A stretch of 64,000 nucleotides of DNA. Source: the human T2T-CHM13v2.0 reference genome, Homo sapiens. The notes beneath the pieces were generated by a model, which saw only the letters and a program-made list of their open reading frames with translations, had not been told where the DNA came from and did not search any database. The translations under genes were made by a program, and so were the position numbers. Location: the NCBI RefSeq assembly GCF_009914755.1, contig NC_060932.1. The stretch is one strand, 5' to 3'. This document shows, piece after piece, positions 1 through 13,010 of this stretch; position 1 is the stretch's first letter; each line of letters begins with the position of its first letter.

Positions 1-1084
1 ATGTCAGGCATGTGAGAGGCATGCTCTATATGGGGTAGAAGGACAACATTTGGCCAAATTTGATTCTCAAATGCAGGCATGTTTGGTGCCTCTGCACCTC
101 TGGAAGGAAGGCTGTGTTTGTGCAGTGATGGACTAATTTCCATGGCAACAGAGTGTCTGGTGTCAGAAGAATAGAAATGAAAGCTCCATGTGCCAACACT
201 ATATTTATGTGATGTTTATCTCATTGATTCTTACAACGCAAAGAGGGCTTGATCTCTCAGCAAGCGTGCTTTTGTCCAAATGATGCCAATGCAGAAATCA
301 TGCCATTTCTATCAATATTTCACATCTAAAGGTTGGGTGTACTATTTTTGTCTTGTGAAGTTTTGATAGTCTCAATGGAGCCTTTAGGCTCCTTTCTACA
401 GGTTTTGTTAGAGCTTCATGGGGTGGCACCAGGAATGGTGAAGGAGGCAGCTAGGGTCTGGGTTTTGGTTTCCTAAGAATGCAGCAATGTCACTGAGCAG
501 CCACTTTCTGCAGGATGAGGAGAGTGAAAAAATGCACTCAAAGGACTGAATGGACCCTTAACTCCTAAGGGCCAACCAGACAGAATGTGAATGAGCAGAG
601 AGGCTGGTCTGATCTATTGTAAGCACTCTGCTCCCTCTTGCTACAAGTGTCTTCTTGAAATTGATACCCTCCCCTCCACCCCTAAGAAAAGCTCACCTCT
701 CAGCCTTGAGTCCCAATCTTTAATGCCTTCCAAGACTTTTCTCTCTCTCTCTTTCTCTTTTTTTTTCTTTTTTCTACTATGATCTGTGCCCTGAATACCT
801 CAAACCAAAGACTTCACTCTTGGCTTCTTTCCTGACCCCAGGCTTCTCCACAAACCACAGAGTCCTATAGTGTTGCTTCATAGGCCCTTACCCTTTCTAA
901 CTCATTCCTGTCTTCCCAAACCATAGGCCTGACACATCATGGGAAACCCAACCACCCCTACCTTGTTCTTTACCCCAGATACTGGGTGTCAAGCAGTCTT
1001 TCCAAAAGGAAGGTACTTTTTATCCTGTTGGTTGGCAAGCTGCCCACAGAGAGAATGTAGATGAGCACTTTTAAAAGTGAATGA

Positions 1085-1372
<288 letters not shown>

Positions 1373-1404
1373 GTAAATAAGTAGAGATTAAAATGTCCCC
1401 AAGT

Positions 1405-1735
1405 TACTGCAGTAATGGTTGTGCATATCTGTGAACAAATAAAACCCATTCAATTGTACACTTTAAGTGGGTGAATTGAATATATGGGATGTGAATTACA
1501 TCTCAATAAAGCAATTTTACAATAGATCTTATGTATGACATGGTGACTATAGCTAATAACAATGTATTGCATATTTAAAATTTGCTAAGGGACTGCAAAA
1601 AATTATAAGTATGTGAGGTAATGCATGCTGTATCTAGATTGATTTAGCCATTCCACAGTGTATATATATTTTAAAACATTATGTGTAGACCATAAATATA
1701 TGTACTTTCAACAAAGCTAAATTAAAAATAAAGCT
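1405..1735 (+). mobile_element. Old L1M 3'-end fragments (two adjacent pieces)
   Basis: TGTACACTTTAAGTGGGTGAATT...CTCAATAAAGC and GTGACTATAGCTAATAACAATGTATTG...GATTTAGCCATTCCACAGTGTATA resemble L1M 3' UTR ends. Confidence 0.75.
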
Positions 1736-2027
1736 TTTTTAAAAAAGTAGGTAGACAAATACAGCCATCACATAAAACTCATGCAATAAAAATTTTAAAA
1801 TGAATGTATTTGGAGAAAATCTGAGTGGATTTAGAGAAGAATGCTGTATACACCATAGTATGGTGTAAGTGGTTTGGTGGTATGTTGTAGTATATAATAT
1901 GTGGATGTGGTATGTGAATGTGTTCATGGAAGTTTATAAAAAGTTGGTATGATGGAAAAAGCTTTGGTATTTCTCCTGACAAATCACTTCTGAGCTCCTT
2001 CTTGCTGTTTGCTGCTACTGCTTGAAT

Positions 2028-2830
2028 GTTCAATAAACATTTTGGATCACTTTATATCTTTATATGAGCCAGGCACTCTTCAAAGCAGCAAGGACACATC
2101 AGTGAGCAAGATGGGCAGAGTCCCCGCTCTCAAGAAGTCCATATTCTACGTCGGGAGGCAGACAGAAGCCAAATCAACAAATGAATAAACGGTGATTTGG
2201 ATGGCGATAAATGCCAAGAAGAAAATTAAACAGAGTGATGGGATTGCAAGAGGTTGATGGTCAAAGATAGCCTTTCTGAAGGAGCTAGCCATAGTAAAGG
2301 GAAGAAATTGCCTTGCAGGCAGGGACACTAACTGCAGGAAAGTCCCAAAGGAGGGAATGAGATACAAGAATTTGGGGAGCAGAAAGAAAACCAGTGTGAC
2401 TGCCCAGGGGGAGAGGCAGAGAGTGGATACAGATAATATTGGCTTTAGAGTCTGGGGTGAGATGCTTGGATTTTGTTCCAAGTGTTATGGGAAGCCACTG
2501 GGGAGCTTTGAGCTGGCATGGAGTGATTATGTTTTCAAAAGTTTATTCACTCTGGCTGCTGCGTGCAAATGGTCTACAGAGTTGCACACATGAGAATATA
2601 GGGTCTGCTAGGAGATGGCAACCATCATTCACAAGAGAGTTTTTGGGAGCCTGGACTAGGATGGCTGTGGTGGAAATGAGGGAAGTGAAAAATAGATGCT
2701 AATAATTGGAATAAAAGGATGAAGGAATGCTTTGAGAGGACATGCAAGCAAGGAAGATAGATTGGATTTCTTCCTGAAATTAGGAGTCCATTGATCTTAA
2801 CCAGACTGGAGTGTTTTTGAGATGAGAAAG
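2028..2830 (-). mobile_element. L2 LINE 3' fragment
   Basis: Reverse-complement L2 3' end (TTCAATAAACATT...GCCAGGCACT), followed by typical L2 body motifs such as GGGAAGCCACTGGGGAGCTTTGAGC. Confidence 0.85.
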
Positions 2831-3242
2831 ATGACTGGCTAACCACATTAGACTCTATTCTCACTAGATTTTTTAGACAGTGGTTCAAGTTGGGTTTCTT
2901 TCATGGAAAGCCCATTGTTTTGTTCCTATAAAGGGGGTTAATAGACTGTAACACCAGTTTAATTATACCTGTTTCCTTGACTGCTTTCTTTAGTTTAATA
3001 TTTACTAAGTTTAGCATTTAGCATGTATCTCAGTATAGATGGAGGTCATTTAAAAATTCCCTGAATGCAAACTTAAGATTTTAAACTTTGCCCATCACAG
3101 GGAGATTAAGACAGTTCAGCCTTTTATAGCATATCTTGTGAAAAAAACCGAGTCTCTAAGCCTTCTTGGGTCTCTGATTATTGCTTCTTTTTAATTTTGG
3201 TGAACTTGATAGTATTAAAAACAACAACAACATAATTTCAAC

Positions 3243-3400
3243 TACTGTTTATTGAACACCAACTAAGCACTGGGTTTCTTATACTAAATTAGGTTTACTC
3301 ATCATTACAATCCAGCAGGTAGGTGTTATCACTCTTATCTAGCAAACGGGGATTAAGTGGCCCAGGGAGAGGAAGTAATGCACCCAAGATCACACAGCTG
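3243..3400 (-). mobile_element. MIR, interrupted by MLT1C
   Basis: GAAGTAATGCACCCAAGATCACACAGCT core; resumes as GTAAGTGGCAAAGC after the LTR. Confidence 0.7.
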
Positions 3401-3401
3401 T

Positions 3402-3855
3402 TGCAGTACTTTCCCAGGGCTGCTGTACCAAATTACTGCAACCTGAGTGGCTTAAAGCAATAGAAATCTATTGTCTCATAGTTCTGGAGTCCAGAAGTCT
3501 AAATCAAGGGATTATCAGGGCCATGCTTCCTTGGAAGGTTCACATGGGGAGACTCAACCTCTGCTATTCTAGCTTCTGGAGGCCCTAGGCATTCCTTGAC
3601 TTGTGGTTGGTTCACTCCTGTCTCTGCTCCTGTCTTGACATGGCCTTCTCCCTATGTCTCTTGTCTAGGTGTCTCTTATAAAGATACTTGTCACTGAACT
3701 TAGGACCCACCTAGATAATCCAGAATGATCTCGTCCTAGGATCCTTTACTCAATTACATTTGCAAAAACCCCTTTTCCAGATAAGGTCACATTCACAATT
3801 TCCAGAGTTAGGACATGGACATGTCTTTCTGGCAGGCCACATTCAACCCATAAAA
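3402..3855 (-). mobile_element. MaLR solo LTR, MLT1C-like
   Basis: CCCAGGGCTGCTGTACCAAATTAC...GTGGCTTAAAGCAATAGAAAT and ATAAGGTCACATTCACA...CACATTCAACCCA match the MLT1C reverse complement. Confidence 0.9.
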
Positions 3856-4629
3856 CCTGCTTACTTGTAAGTGGCAAAGCTTTTTCCTTGCACTGAAGAG
3901 CTGTGTTCACACTGAACTTTAAACATAAGAAGAGTAGATGTGCCCAGCCTTTCTTCTTTCATCCTGGTAGTCTCATTCATTCTGACAGCCTATTTTCAGT
4001 GACTATGGCCAAAGAGCCAAAAACTTTTTCATCTAAAATAAACTTAGCAGTATAATACAGTAAAAGTTATAATTATAGGTTCACAGGGGAGGAAGCCTTC
4101 CAAATGGTGACAGATATTTAAAGAACACTCTCGTGTTAAGAAAGGCTGGTCTTGCTAACTCTAATTACAAAGGAGGGTAAATAATTTCAAAATACATCTT
4201 AACAGTTTTAGGTGCAATAAAAAGCCAGCGTTAACCAAACAGTAACTGACATCTGCACGGATTGATGACACAGCTTTTTTCTTTCCTTCTTTTGTTTTTT
4301 TCTAATGTTAAATTAAAAGCTAGTTGTACCATTAAAAAATTAGGTCAAATTTTTAATCCTCAACAGCTTTCCAACCTCTGCCTCCATTTGCATTAAGCCA
4401 CAAGTCTGAAGAAAACCCACAGCAACCGGGTCTGTGCATCACAGAGTGAAGCAGAGAGCCAGTCAATCACTCTCTAAAGCAGCAGGGCATCTGAGCAAAC
4501 TAAACACTCTTAGTTGAAGGGAATTCTAGGCAAGCAGTTGCATAAAGCTAGCTGGATCGATTTGTCTCTAGTTTGAGTGGTCATCTTCAAGACAGTTGAT
4601 TAGTTGACCATTTGTTGCTTGCTCTGCAG

Positions 4630-4653
4630 GGTTCCTCTCTGTCTCTCAGCGAT
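4630..4653 (+). other. Candidate 24-nt microexon (unverified)
   Basis: TTGAC branch-like motif at 4604-4608; TTTGTTGCTTGCTCTGCAG acceptor; GAT|GTGAGT donor; length is a multiple of 3 with no stop codons. Confidence 0.25.
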
Positions 4654-4879
4654 GTGAGTGTGTCCGTCCTGGGTGATGAATGGGGCTAGACTCTCCAGGT
4701 GATAAAGAGCCATTCTCCTCTCCTCCACTGCCAGAATGTTGGCGTCTCTAACATGGCTCTCATGTAATGTTTAAAAGAGAAAGGAAAGAATAAATCTGAG
4801 CATAGCTAAGACTAAGCTAAACTCTTGACTTGAGTGGCCACCATGCTTAATGGCCTAAACTGGTTTCTGGTGAATTATT

Positions 4880-4926
4880 GATAGATAGATAAGTAGATAG
4901 GTAGATAGATAGATAGATAGATAGAG
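4880..4926 (+). repeat. (GATA)n/(GGTA) tetranucleotide microsatellite
   Basis: GATAGATAGATAAGTAGATAGGTAGATAGATAGATAGATAGATAG. Confidence 0.95.
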
Positions 4927-4989
4927 ATATACTTATCACAATATATATTTAATGTATCAAAATTAGGGTATATTTATCATTATATATTT

Positions 4990-5330
4990 ATATATGCAGT
5001 TAAAAAATTTATAAAAAAATCATAAAATTATAAAACATGTTAAAGGATATTGGAAAATGTAAAAAGCCAGAAAGAAATGCAGTTCATTAACCATACTATT
5101 TGTTGGATTTTATAGCCTGCTTTTTAAAATGTAACACCATATTATAAACATTTATAATGTTGTTGTATAATCCTGAGGCATGTCATTTAAATTGGTATTG
5201 ACAATTCTGTAGAGGAGTTACGCCACAATTTTACCTATCTGATCATAACTGTTGGATATTTGGGGTATTTTTTCTTCTCTACCCATTTAAGGAGGGCATG
5301 AACATATCTGAATCTAAAATCTTTCAAAAA
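4990..5330 (-). mobile_element. Probable ancient L1ME fragment
   Basis: CCACAATTTTACCTATC...TGTTGGATATTTGGGGTATTTT...GCATGAACAT resembles antisense L1M; highly diverged. Confidence 0.5.
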
Positions 5331-5448
5331 TCTCTGTCTCTCTGTCTCTCTCATATATCTATTATCTATCTATTTCCCCAGGGTAGGTATCCAGGTGTGG
5401 TCAAAGGGTACAAATCAACTTCATAGGACCAGCTGGGTAGAGCTGGAG

Positions 5449-5544
5449 TCTCCTTTCCTTTCTTCCTTCTTTCTTTCTTTCTTTCTTTCTTCTCTTCCTC
5501 CTTTCTTCTGTCCCTCTCTCTTTCCTATTTTCCTTCTTTTTTCC
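5449..5544 (+). repeat. CT-rich / (TTTC)n polypyrimidine tract
   Basis: TCTCCTTTCCTTTCTTCCTTCTTTCTTTCTTTCTTTC... Confidence 0.9.
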
Positions 5545-6731
5545 AACTTTAAAAGTTACTGAGACAATAATCTCTCTCAGTAATCCTGGAGCTTTGGCTG
5601 TTGGGAACATGCTAAGGTATGATTGATCATAAAAATCAAGAAAAGGACTTATTTTTCTCAATCAACCCCCAAGCACGTATATATATCCCAGTGGCTCAAA
5701 GAGTTCTAGAGCTGGATCTGGTTCATCACCATCTTTTCTTTTTCAGACGTGGAAAGTGAAGACAGAAAGATGAAGAAAAGTTTCCCAGAATACAACTGTG
5801 CCTAGACTCACAAACCCAGTTTCCACCCTTATTGAGGGCTGCCTCTGTTGCAGGCACAGTTACTCTGCTCCGCAGTATGTGCAGAGCACATAATAACATT
5901 TATCCCTCTGAAGGGCCCCCCTATATAGGACTTTTTTTGTTATGCCCACTTTACAGATAAGGAAATGAAGTCACAGGAAGGCCAAATTGAGTCTCTTGAC
6001 TGAAATGCCAGGTCTTTTTCCACCACACCACACTATATGTCTGTCCTGGGACCTGAATGGAAAGTAGACAGGAGAGAACAGTCAAACATTCCTACAGCAG
6101 GACTGGGAAGGTGAAGGTTCTGCCCTCTCAGGAGAAGCAAACAGACCTTCCTAGCAAGTTTGTGCAGCTTTTTATGAAAATGGAAAACTCTCCAAGTGAG
6201 AATGGTAATATTTCATTTGATTTTTCCTTTAAAGAAACAACCATCCAGGAAATTGAGAGCCATCTCCCACTTCTCGGTTCTCCCCACAAGCCTTGATCAT
6301 TGCAGAACAGGAAGGCCTTCCTTTGTGTTTTCTGTGTTGCTTCTGTCACTTTACTTCTCCCAGAGACCCCCTTTTCTCTTTAGCTGCCCAACTCCCACAT
6401 GCTTTTTAGGATGTACCAATTTGTGTTCTTGTCTTCAGGTCTTGCCTGCTCTTATCATCCCCAGCCACTCAGAATCATTTGTTCGGCCAGTGATGGCAGG
6501 GTAGTTGCAGTGTGCCAGCCATTGCATTTGGCTCTGGGGCTCAGCAGGAAACAAGACAGGCAGGTCTCTACCAGGGAGACTATGTGTCCTTCTGGGTGCC
6601 TGTGACTGGTGGATGGGTGCAGTCTGCACCTATGCTAATGAGGCACCATCTCTAATCCAGACTGTGCTTGTTGAAGCAGCAGGATGTGAGAGGATTGTAG
6701 AATGTGTTCCCTGTGGGATATGATTTTGAAG

Positions 6732-7242
6732 TGTTGGGGCTCAGAGCATGATACCTCCTGGCACCTTGGCAATTGAGAAAGACTCATGAGTAAGAAGGTC
6801 ACTCTGACCTTCCCCAGCCTTTCTATGTGAAGCATGGTCATAAAGGAATTCTCTGATCTACCTTGTCTGAAAGTAGATCATAAGACCCTCATTCCAAAGG
6901 GTTCTGCCCCATATGTGGGGGGAAGGAATGCTGTTCAAGAGAGACCAAGAAAAATTTAAACAGAAAGGCCTTGTTGAGTTTCTCTTCATTTATTATCATT
7001 AGATCATAACATTTTTGTTCAATCATACTTCTACATGGCTGTCTGTTCTTCATGGAACCTAAGCATAAAAACACATTTTCCCTGAGTCTTTGGGTCTCCA
7101 TTTTGAAGGCTCCTGTGTCAAGTGAAACTTTGATAAGTGAATCTTCTATGCTTATTAAAAATTAATCTGTGTTTTGTTACAAGGGTCTCAGCTATGACTC
7201 TTGTGATGGCCGAGGGAAAGGTATTATTTTTTCTCCTCTGCA
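6732..7242 (+). mobile_element. ERV1-class solo LTR, MER39/MER34-like
   Basis: TG...CA termini (TGTTGGGGCTCAG...CTCCTCTGCA), 511 bp, perfect 4-bp TSD GAAG at 6728-6731 and 7243-7246. Confidence 0.88.
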
Positions 7243-7484
7243 GAAGGAATAGGACATTAAACTTGAAAAAAGTATTTTGGAACAATACTAAAGTCAAGCC
7301 AGGGCCAGAGACATAGCAATTGAGGGGAGATTATCATATGCAGGAATTTGCTTTCATTTTCTCATTTAACCCTCACAATAACCCTTATGGACATATTGCA
7401 GATGAGAACGATGGCAGAGCTGGTTTTGACATGAGCTCTATCTGGTTCTAAAAATCAGGATTTTTCAGCTACAGAATTCTGCAT

Positions 7485-7780
7485 TATTTATTCATTTGTG
7501 TTTTCTAAAATCTTTGTTTTTTTGGACTAATATATTAAAGTGTCAGGGACTATGCTAAGAGCTGAAGATACAGGTTTTAATAATAGTTCCTGGAACTCAC
7601 ATTCTAAAAGGGAAGACAGACAATAAATACATAAATAAAAAATGTGTAATTTCACAGAGAAATAATACTTCAGAGAAAAATGAAGTTGGGGATAGAGAAC
7701 AAGGGGACAGGGACTAAGAACTCCAATACAAGGGACACCATGGGGGAAGCATCTGGAAAGGATACTGATAAAGTGACGTG
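7485..7780 (-). mobile_element. L2 fragment
   Basis: TTTATTCATT...GTGTCAGGGACTATGCTAAGAGCTGAAGATACA...GGAACTCACATTCTA...AGACAGACAATAAA. Confidence 0.75.
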
Positions 7781-7782
7781 AG

Positions 7783-8060
7783 CAACGTGTTCTCAGGTCT
7801 CAAGATCCATGGCCAGTAAAAATGAAAACAACTTATGGACAGAAATAAAGTTGAAGACGTTTAAATTTGGCAATTAAAAATACATAAATACGTTTTCAAA
7901 ATTCCCAAACAATTACTTTATCACTATGAATTTATAAAGATCTTAACATTTAAAAAAGTGAATATATTTAGCTTCATAAAAATAATTTCACTCATTTTTT
8001 TCTCATTTTATTGCAGATTGTTGAGTACTTGACCATGGACTGACATTTGAAAACCATTAC
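7783..8060. mobile_element. Probable hAT-Charlie DNA transposon fossil
   Basis: Ends GTGTTCTCA... and ...CATGGACTGACATTTGAAAACCATT resemble Charlie TIR regions; AT-rich interior. Confidence 0.45.
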
Positions 8061-8319
8061 TTTTGTTCACAAATGTTCTGTGTTTTGAGGAAGGACAGGA
8101 ACTGCACCCTGGTAGTTTAGTAATAGTAGTAATAGATAACACTTACTGAATTTTTTGAATGCTTTAGATGCTATGCAACAAGCTCTTTGCATTATTGAAT
8201 TGAACTCTCACAGCAACCCTATAAACTGGGTATATAAGGGATAGAAACTAGCCCTTTCCCCTGGTGAAAAACTGAGAATTTCAAAGGTTTAGTTTGCCCA
8301 AACACAGTTAGTACATGAA

Positions 8320-8678
8320 TGATATGGTTCGGGTCTGTGTCCCTACTCAAATCTCACCGTTAATTGTAATAATTCCCACGTGTCATGGGAGAGACCTGGT
8401 GGGAGGTAATTAAATCATGGGGGTGGGTCTTTCTCATGCTGTTCTCATGATAGTGAATAAGTCTCATGAGATCTGATGGTTTTATAAAGGGGAGTTCCCC
8501 TGCACAAGCTGTCTTGCCTGCTGCCAGGTAACGTGTCCCTTTGCTTTTCCTTCGTCTTCCACCATGATTTTGAGGCCTCCCTAGCAATGTGGAACTACGA
8601 GTCCATTAAACCTCTTTCCTTTATAAATTACCAGTCTTGGGTATGTCTTTATTAGCAGAACGAGAATAGACTAATTCA
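8320..8678 (+). mobile_element. THE1 (THE1B-like) MaLR solo LTR inserted in a MIR
   Basis: TGATATGGTT...TGTGTCCCTACTCAAATCTCACC; CTCATGAGATCTGATGGTTTTATAAAGGGGAGTTCCCCTGCAC; ATTAAA; ends GACTAATTCA; 359 bp. Confidence 0.96.
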
Positions 8679-8849
8679 GCAAATAACAAGATTCTAGTCT
8701 AGAGTCAAGGCAGAGCCTATCCTCTTAAATATGGGAGGGATTTGAACCAGAGCTTGGCTGAGTACAGGGAGGAGATAGAAATACATCTTTTGGCATTTTG
8801 TTGGCCCTGTAGCTTTTGGTAGCTTCAGGACAGGTCATATGTTCCTCTT

Positions 8850-9285
8850 GCATCCTGCTGTAGTGGACGTCTCTTTTTTAGCCTTCTCAATGTCCATTCC
8901 CCCTATTTCTAGCAATGAACACTTGTTTTACTTTGGGGACTACCTCATTCCATTGACTAGAGTTTTGGTGGGACTGCCCCCCATGGTGTCCCACTCTCTC
9001 CTTGACAAGGGGTGGGCAGGTGACTTGAATGAGGCCAGAGTCTTTTGCCATTGAATACGTCTCTTGAGTAGAGTAACACAAACCCTGAAAACAGATGAAG
9101 CTGATGTGTCCCCTTTCCAAATGCCCTCTGAAGAAGAGACTGTCCTTGAATTCCAGGAACTGCTTTGATCCTTGTTCCATTTTAATTGTGTTGGTAGGTT
9201 TGTTCTCTTACATTCATCTTCAATCCTAATACATTTCCTTTTTGTATAGGTTAGCCAGAGTCTTTCTCTGTTGCATGCAACTGGG
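8850..9285 (+). mobile_element. Old MLT1 (J/K-like) LTR
   Basis: GGGGTGGGCAGGTGAC interior and 3' end TAATACATTTCCTTTTTG...TTAGCCAGAGTC...CTGTTGCATGCAAC. Confidence 0.6.
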
Positions 9286-10054
9286 TGGCTGAGCCTGGAG
9301 AATTAGAAACCCTAATCAGAGACTCCTAAATCAGAGAGATCTCTATTCTTATCCTAACTCCACTATTTTCTAAGTAGTTGGCATTGGAAAAGTTACTTAA
9401 TCTTTCTAAATATGTTCTCTTACCTATGAAATAAAAATATAGCAGACATATATAATATGCTAAACAGAATGCCTGGACTTAATCACACAATTTACTTAGC
9501 CTTTTCTTATCGATTCCTTAATAAATATTAGCTTCTCTGACTTGCATTGGTAAATTATAGAGAGCCATGTTTTCCCTCAATTCAAACTAGAACCAGATAG
9601 TTCATACAGTACCAAACATAGATAAATATTAGGAAAAAATCACACAATTAAAATTTTACAATATCAGAGCCAAGGATAAACTGAAAACACATCAAAGCAG
9701 AAGACTATAGAGGATTTATTGAAGTAGAGATTCTACAGATTTCAGAGCATTAAGAACTCACAAAATCTTACAATCCATTATCTTAATTTCAAGTATTTAA
9801 AAAGTTATAATTCCCTGTTTACAGTTGAGATAACTGATGGCCTTTCACTTGACCAGTGTTTATTGAGTATCTACTGTGTGTGTCACATTGTGCTAGGTTC
9901 TTGGGATAAGGAGGTAAAAGATACAGCCAGTAACGGGATCTGGACTGCATCCAGAGACACAAGAATTTATGGACTCTACAAATGTATCTGAATAATGAAA
10001 TAAATACTGGAAGGGCGATCAGCACATCTGGTCTGTAATCTTGGATCTAGGGAT

Positions 10055-10510
10055 CTGTGCTACTTGTTAGAACACTAGCCACAGAAGCAAGCAAATTCCT
10101 CAGTTTTTCAGTTGGTTATCATAAAGTTTATTTCTTGCTCACAAAGAAAGTTCTATATAGTCATTCTTGGTTAAGTGTGGACATTTTTCCACCTAATAAT
10201 TCAGGGACACAAGATTTTTCCATCTTGTGGCATCGCCATCTTGAAGAACTTCCGGATTCTCTATATTCAGTCAGAAAGTTGGGGAAGGGAGATTGGAGGG
10301 AGCACAGTTACTTTTAAACCCAAGATGGTTCAGGCAACTGAGATGCCTGGGGTGGATGCCTGTGGTTGCCCTAGAAGTCCATTGATAAGAGTGATCTCAT
10401 GTCCTCACCTGGATGTAGGGAGATTGGGAAATGGACAGCCACTTTTCAGCAGCAACTCTATAGCACAAAGTAAAATAGAAACCCTTGGTGAAGATCCAGC
10501 TATCCCTGCC
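10055..10510 (-). mobile_element. Old MLT1 (J/L-like) LTR
   Basis: ATAAAGTTTATTTCTTGCTCAC, TTCCATCTTGTGGCATCGCCATCTT and GGGAGATTGGGAAATG motifs. Confidence 0.6.
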
Positions 10511-10677
10511 CCTCTGATGGCAGAGCTTTTCTCCCTGGGCTTCCAGTCCCTAATATTAAAATGATTACTTTGACCTCAAGATGACACATTCCATGATTCT
10601 AAAACTCTCTGAAAATTAAGAGATGGTAGGTTTTTATTTGCTCTACCAAATTTAAGGTTCCATTTGTCTATCAACTT

Positions 10678-10698
10678 ACACACACACACACACACACA
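10678..10698 (+). repeat. (CA)n microsatellite
   Basis: About 10 CA units. Confidence 0.95.
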
Positions 10699-10718
10699 GA
10701 GTATTAATAATCATATTT

Positions 10719-10973
10719 CAGGCTAAGCAGCCCAAATCCAAAGCTATGAAATCTGTAGCACTCCAAAATCTGAAACTTTTTGAGTGTTGACATGACACTC
10801 AAAGGAAATGCTCACTGGAGCATTTCAAATTTAGGATTTTTGGATTAGGGATGCTGAACTAATATAAGTATAGTGCAAATATACCAAAACACAACAACAA
10901 CAACAACAAAAGCACCTCAAACACAAAACACTTATAGTCCTAAGCATTTCGGATAAGGGATACTCAACTTCTG
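10719..10973 (+). mobile_element. Tigger4a/MER46-like TcMar MITE
   Basis: CAGGCTAAGCAGCCC...; CTCCAAAATCTGAAACTTTTTGAGTGTTGACATGACACTCAAAGGAAATGCTCACTGGAGCATTTC; ends GGATAAGGGATACTCAAC...CTG TA. Confidence 0.88.
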
Positions 10974-11811
10974 TATTACTTTGATACTCCTTTGTAGCTT
11001 TTATCTAGAAAATAGTCTATATATCTTAACGTAATACCACACATATCATACCTTGACAGGTAAATATTTAAATATTTGTGTACGATGGGGGATGTGTAAA
11101 GTTTGTCATATCTAAGTAAATGTTTTTCTGGCTTTATTCATTTTGAGGACAAAAGATTCTGATATTTTGTCTGTCGTTAAAACTGTAAGCTTTAATTCAG
11201 AGGTTAATTTTCTTCTCTTTCTTCCACTTTCTCTCTTTTTCATCTCTTTTCTCCTCCTGTTTCTCCTCCTTTTCATCTTCTTACCCATTTTCATTTTCTT
11301 GAAAAGTTGAAGAGAGACCTAAATCAACTGACTTGGTAAAGAACAGTTCACTTAACGTAAATCAGGGGAAAGTGTGAATTTTATGTTTGAAAGTCTTTGG
11401 ATATGCAAATTGGACCAGGCTCCATATGATGTAAAATAGCAAGCAAGAAAATTAAAGGGAAATTAAATCTTACTTACAAAATCTTACTTTTAATATTTCC
11501 CTACATTTGTCCTTTAATGAACTGGTACAGAACATTTTGATTTTTGTCAGGTTTTTTTTTTTTTTCCAAATTAGACCGGAACATAACACTGTAAGGATGA
11601 TTAGTCATCTACACTTATGATAGCTGTCTCACTCAATCATTGACTCACAGGTGGGAGATAGTGTTGAGAAAATTACCTCTGAGTCCCTATAGCTCTGTCT
11701 CTATCTCTGTTTTTACTTGTATCTTTAACTATATTTAGTATTGGTTTTTATTTGGGGGACTAGATTGTTTTAAATAATAATGTGCCATGAGTTGGTAAAA
11801 ATCTGGAAACA

Positions 11812-12115
<304 letters not shown>

Positions 12116-12804
12116 AAAAATCTGGAAACAATTTCCATTTTCCTCCCATGGCCACGACTACAAGATATGGATTCTAGGCACTAGGCATTTAAGCAATAAT
12201 ATGTTAGCCCTCTCTCCAGTAGCAGAGACAGATATGCAGAAGCGGTGTACTGAGAAGTTAAGTAACCCATCTAAGATCACACTGCTTAAAAGTTAACAAC
12301 ACCGGGATTTCAGAGTTGATGCTATTAACCACTACTCTGTATTGATATTTTTGTTGAGATAGAAATGATGAGAAGGTGACCATTGATAGGCAGAGAGACA
12401 GCAAATGCAAGTCCCTAAAGTCAGATTTCTCTGTTAGAATCACAGAACATAAACATTTCCTCTTGGGAGGGCTTCAGAGTTCATTCATTACTCTTGTTTA
12501 ATAGATGAAGTGACTGAAGATTTGCAAGGGGCAGGTCATATAGCTAGACAATGGATTCAGGTGCATGCCCCATTGCTTCAGAATCAACTGATGACACTGG
12601 AGGTAGGAGGTTCTCCTAAACTCTAGGTTTTATTTGCCAGCTCTTTGCCTTTTTCTTAATAAACCTTGGCAGTGTGTGTTTTTGTCTCAATCTATTTATA
12701 TCCCTGCTCAGATGTCATTTTCTTCCCTGGCATGGAATAACTTGTTCACTCTGCCTTTATTGACTATCTGCAGGTCTCTCATCCCACACTGCGACAAGAG
12801 ATAG

Positions 12805-13010
12805 GGTTATAGCATGGAGATAATAGAGCCTGCTCTGTTGCTGCTAGATATTTGATCATGACAGAATCATTTAACTTTTCTTTTTCTTTTGTTTCTCCCA
12901 CCTGTAAAATGGGGCTAATGATGATGCATATCTTATAGGGTTATAAGAATAGTAAAATGAGGTCAACATGGAAAGAGCTTAGAGCAGTGACTGGTGTATA
13001 TAAGAATAAT
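12805..13010 (+). mobile_element. MIR
   Basis: ATCATTTAACTTTTC...GTTTCTCCCACCTGTAAAATGGGGCTAATGATG...ATAGGGTTATAAGAAT...CTTAGAGCAGTGACTGG. Confidence 0.75.

Noticed and set aside
5401-5661. K/R/E-rich ORFs (also 11112-11294)
   Set aside because: Reverse translations of CT-rich simple repeats
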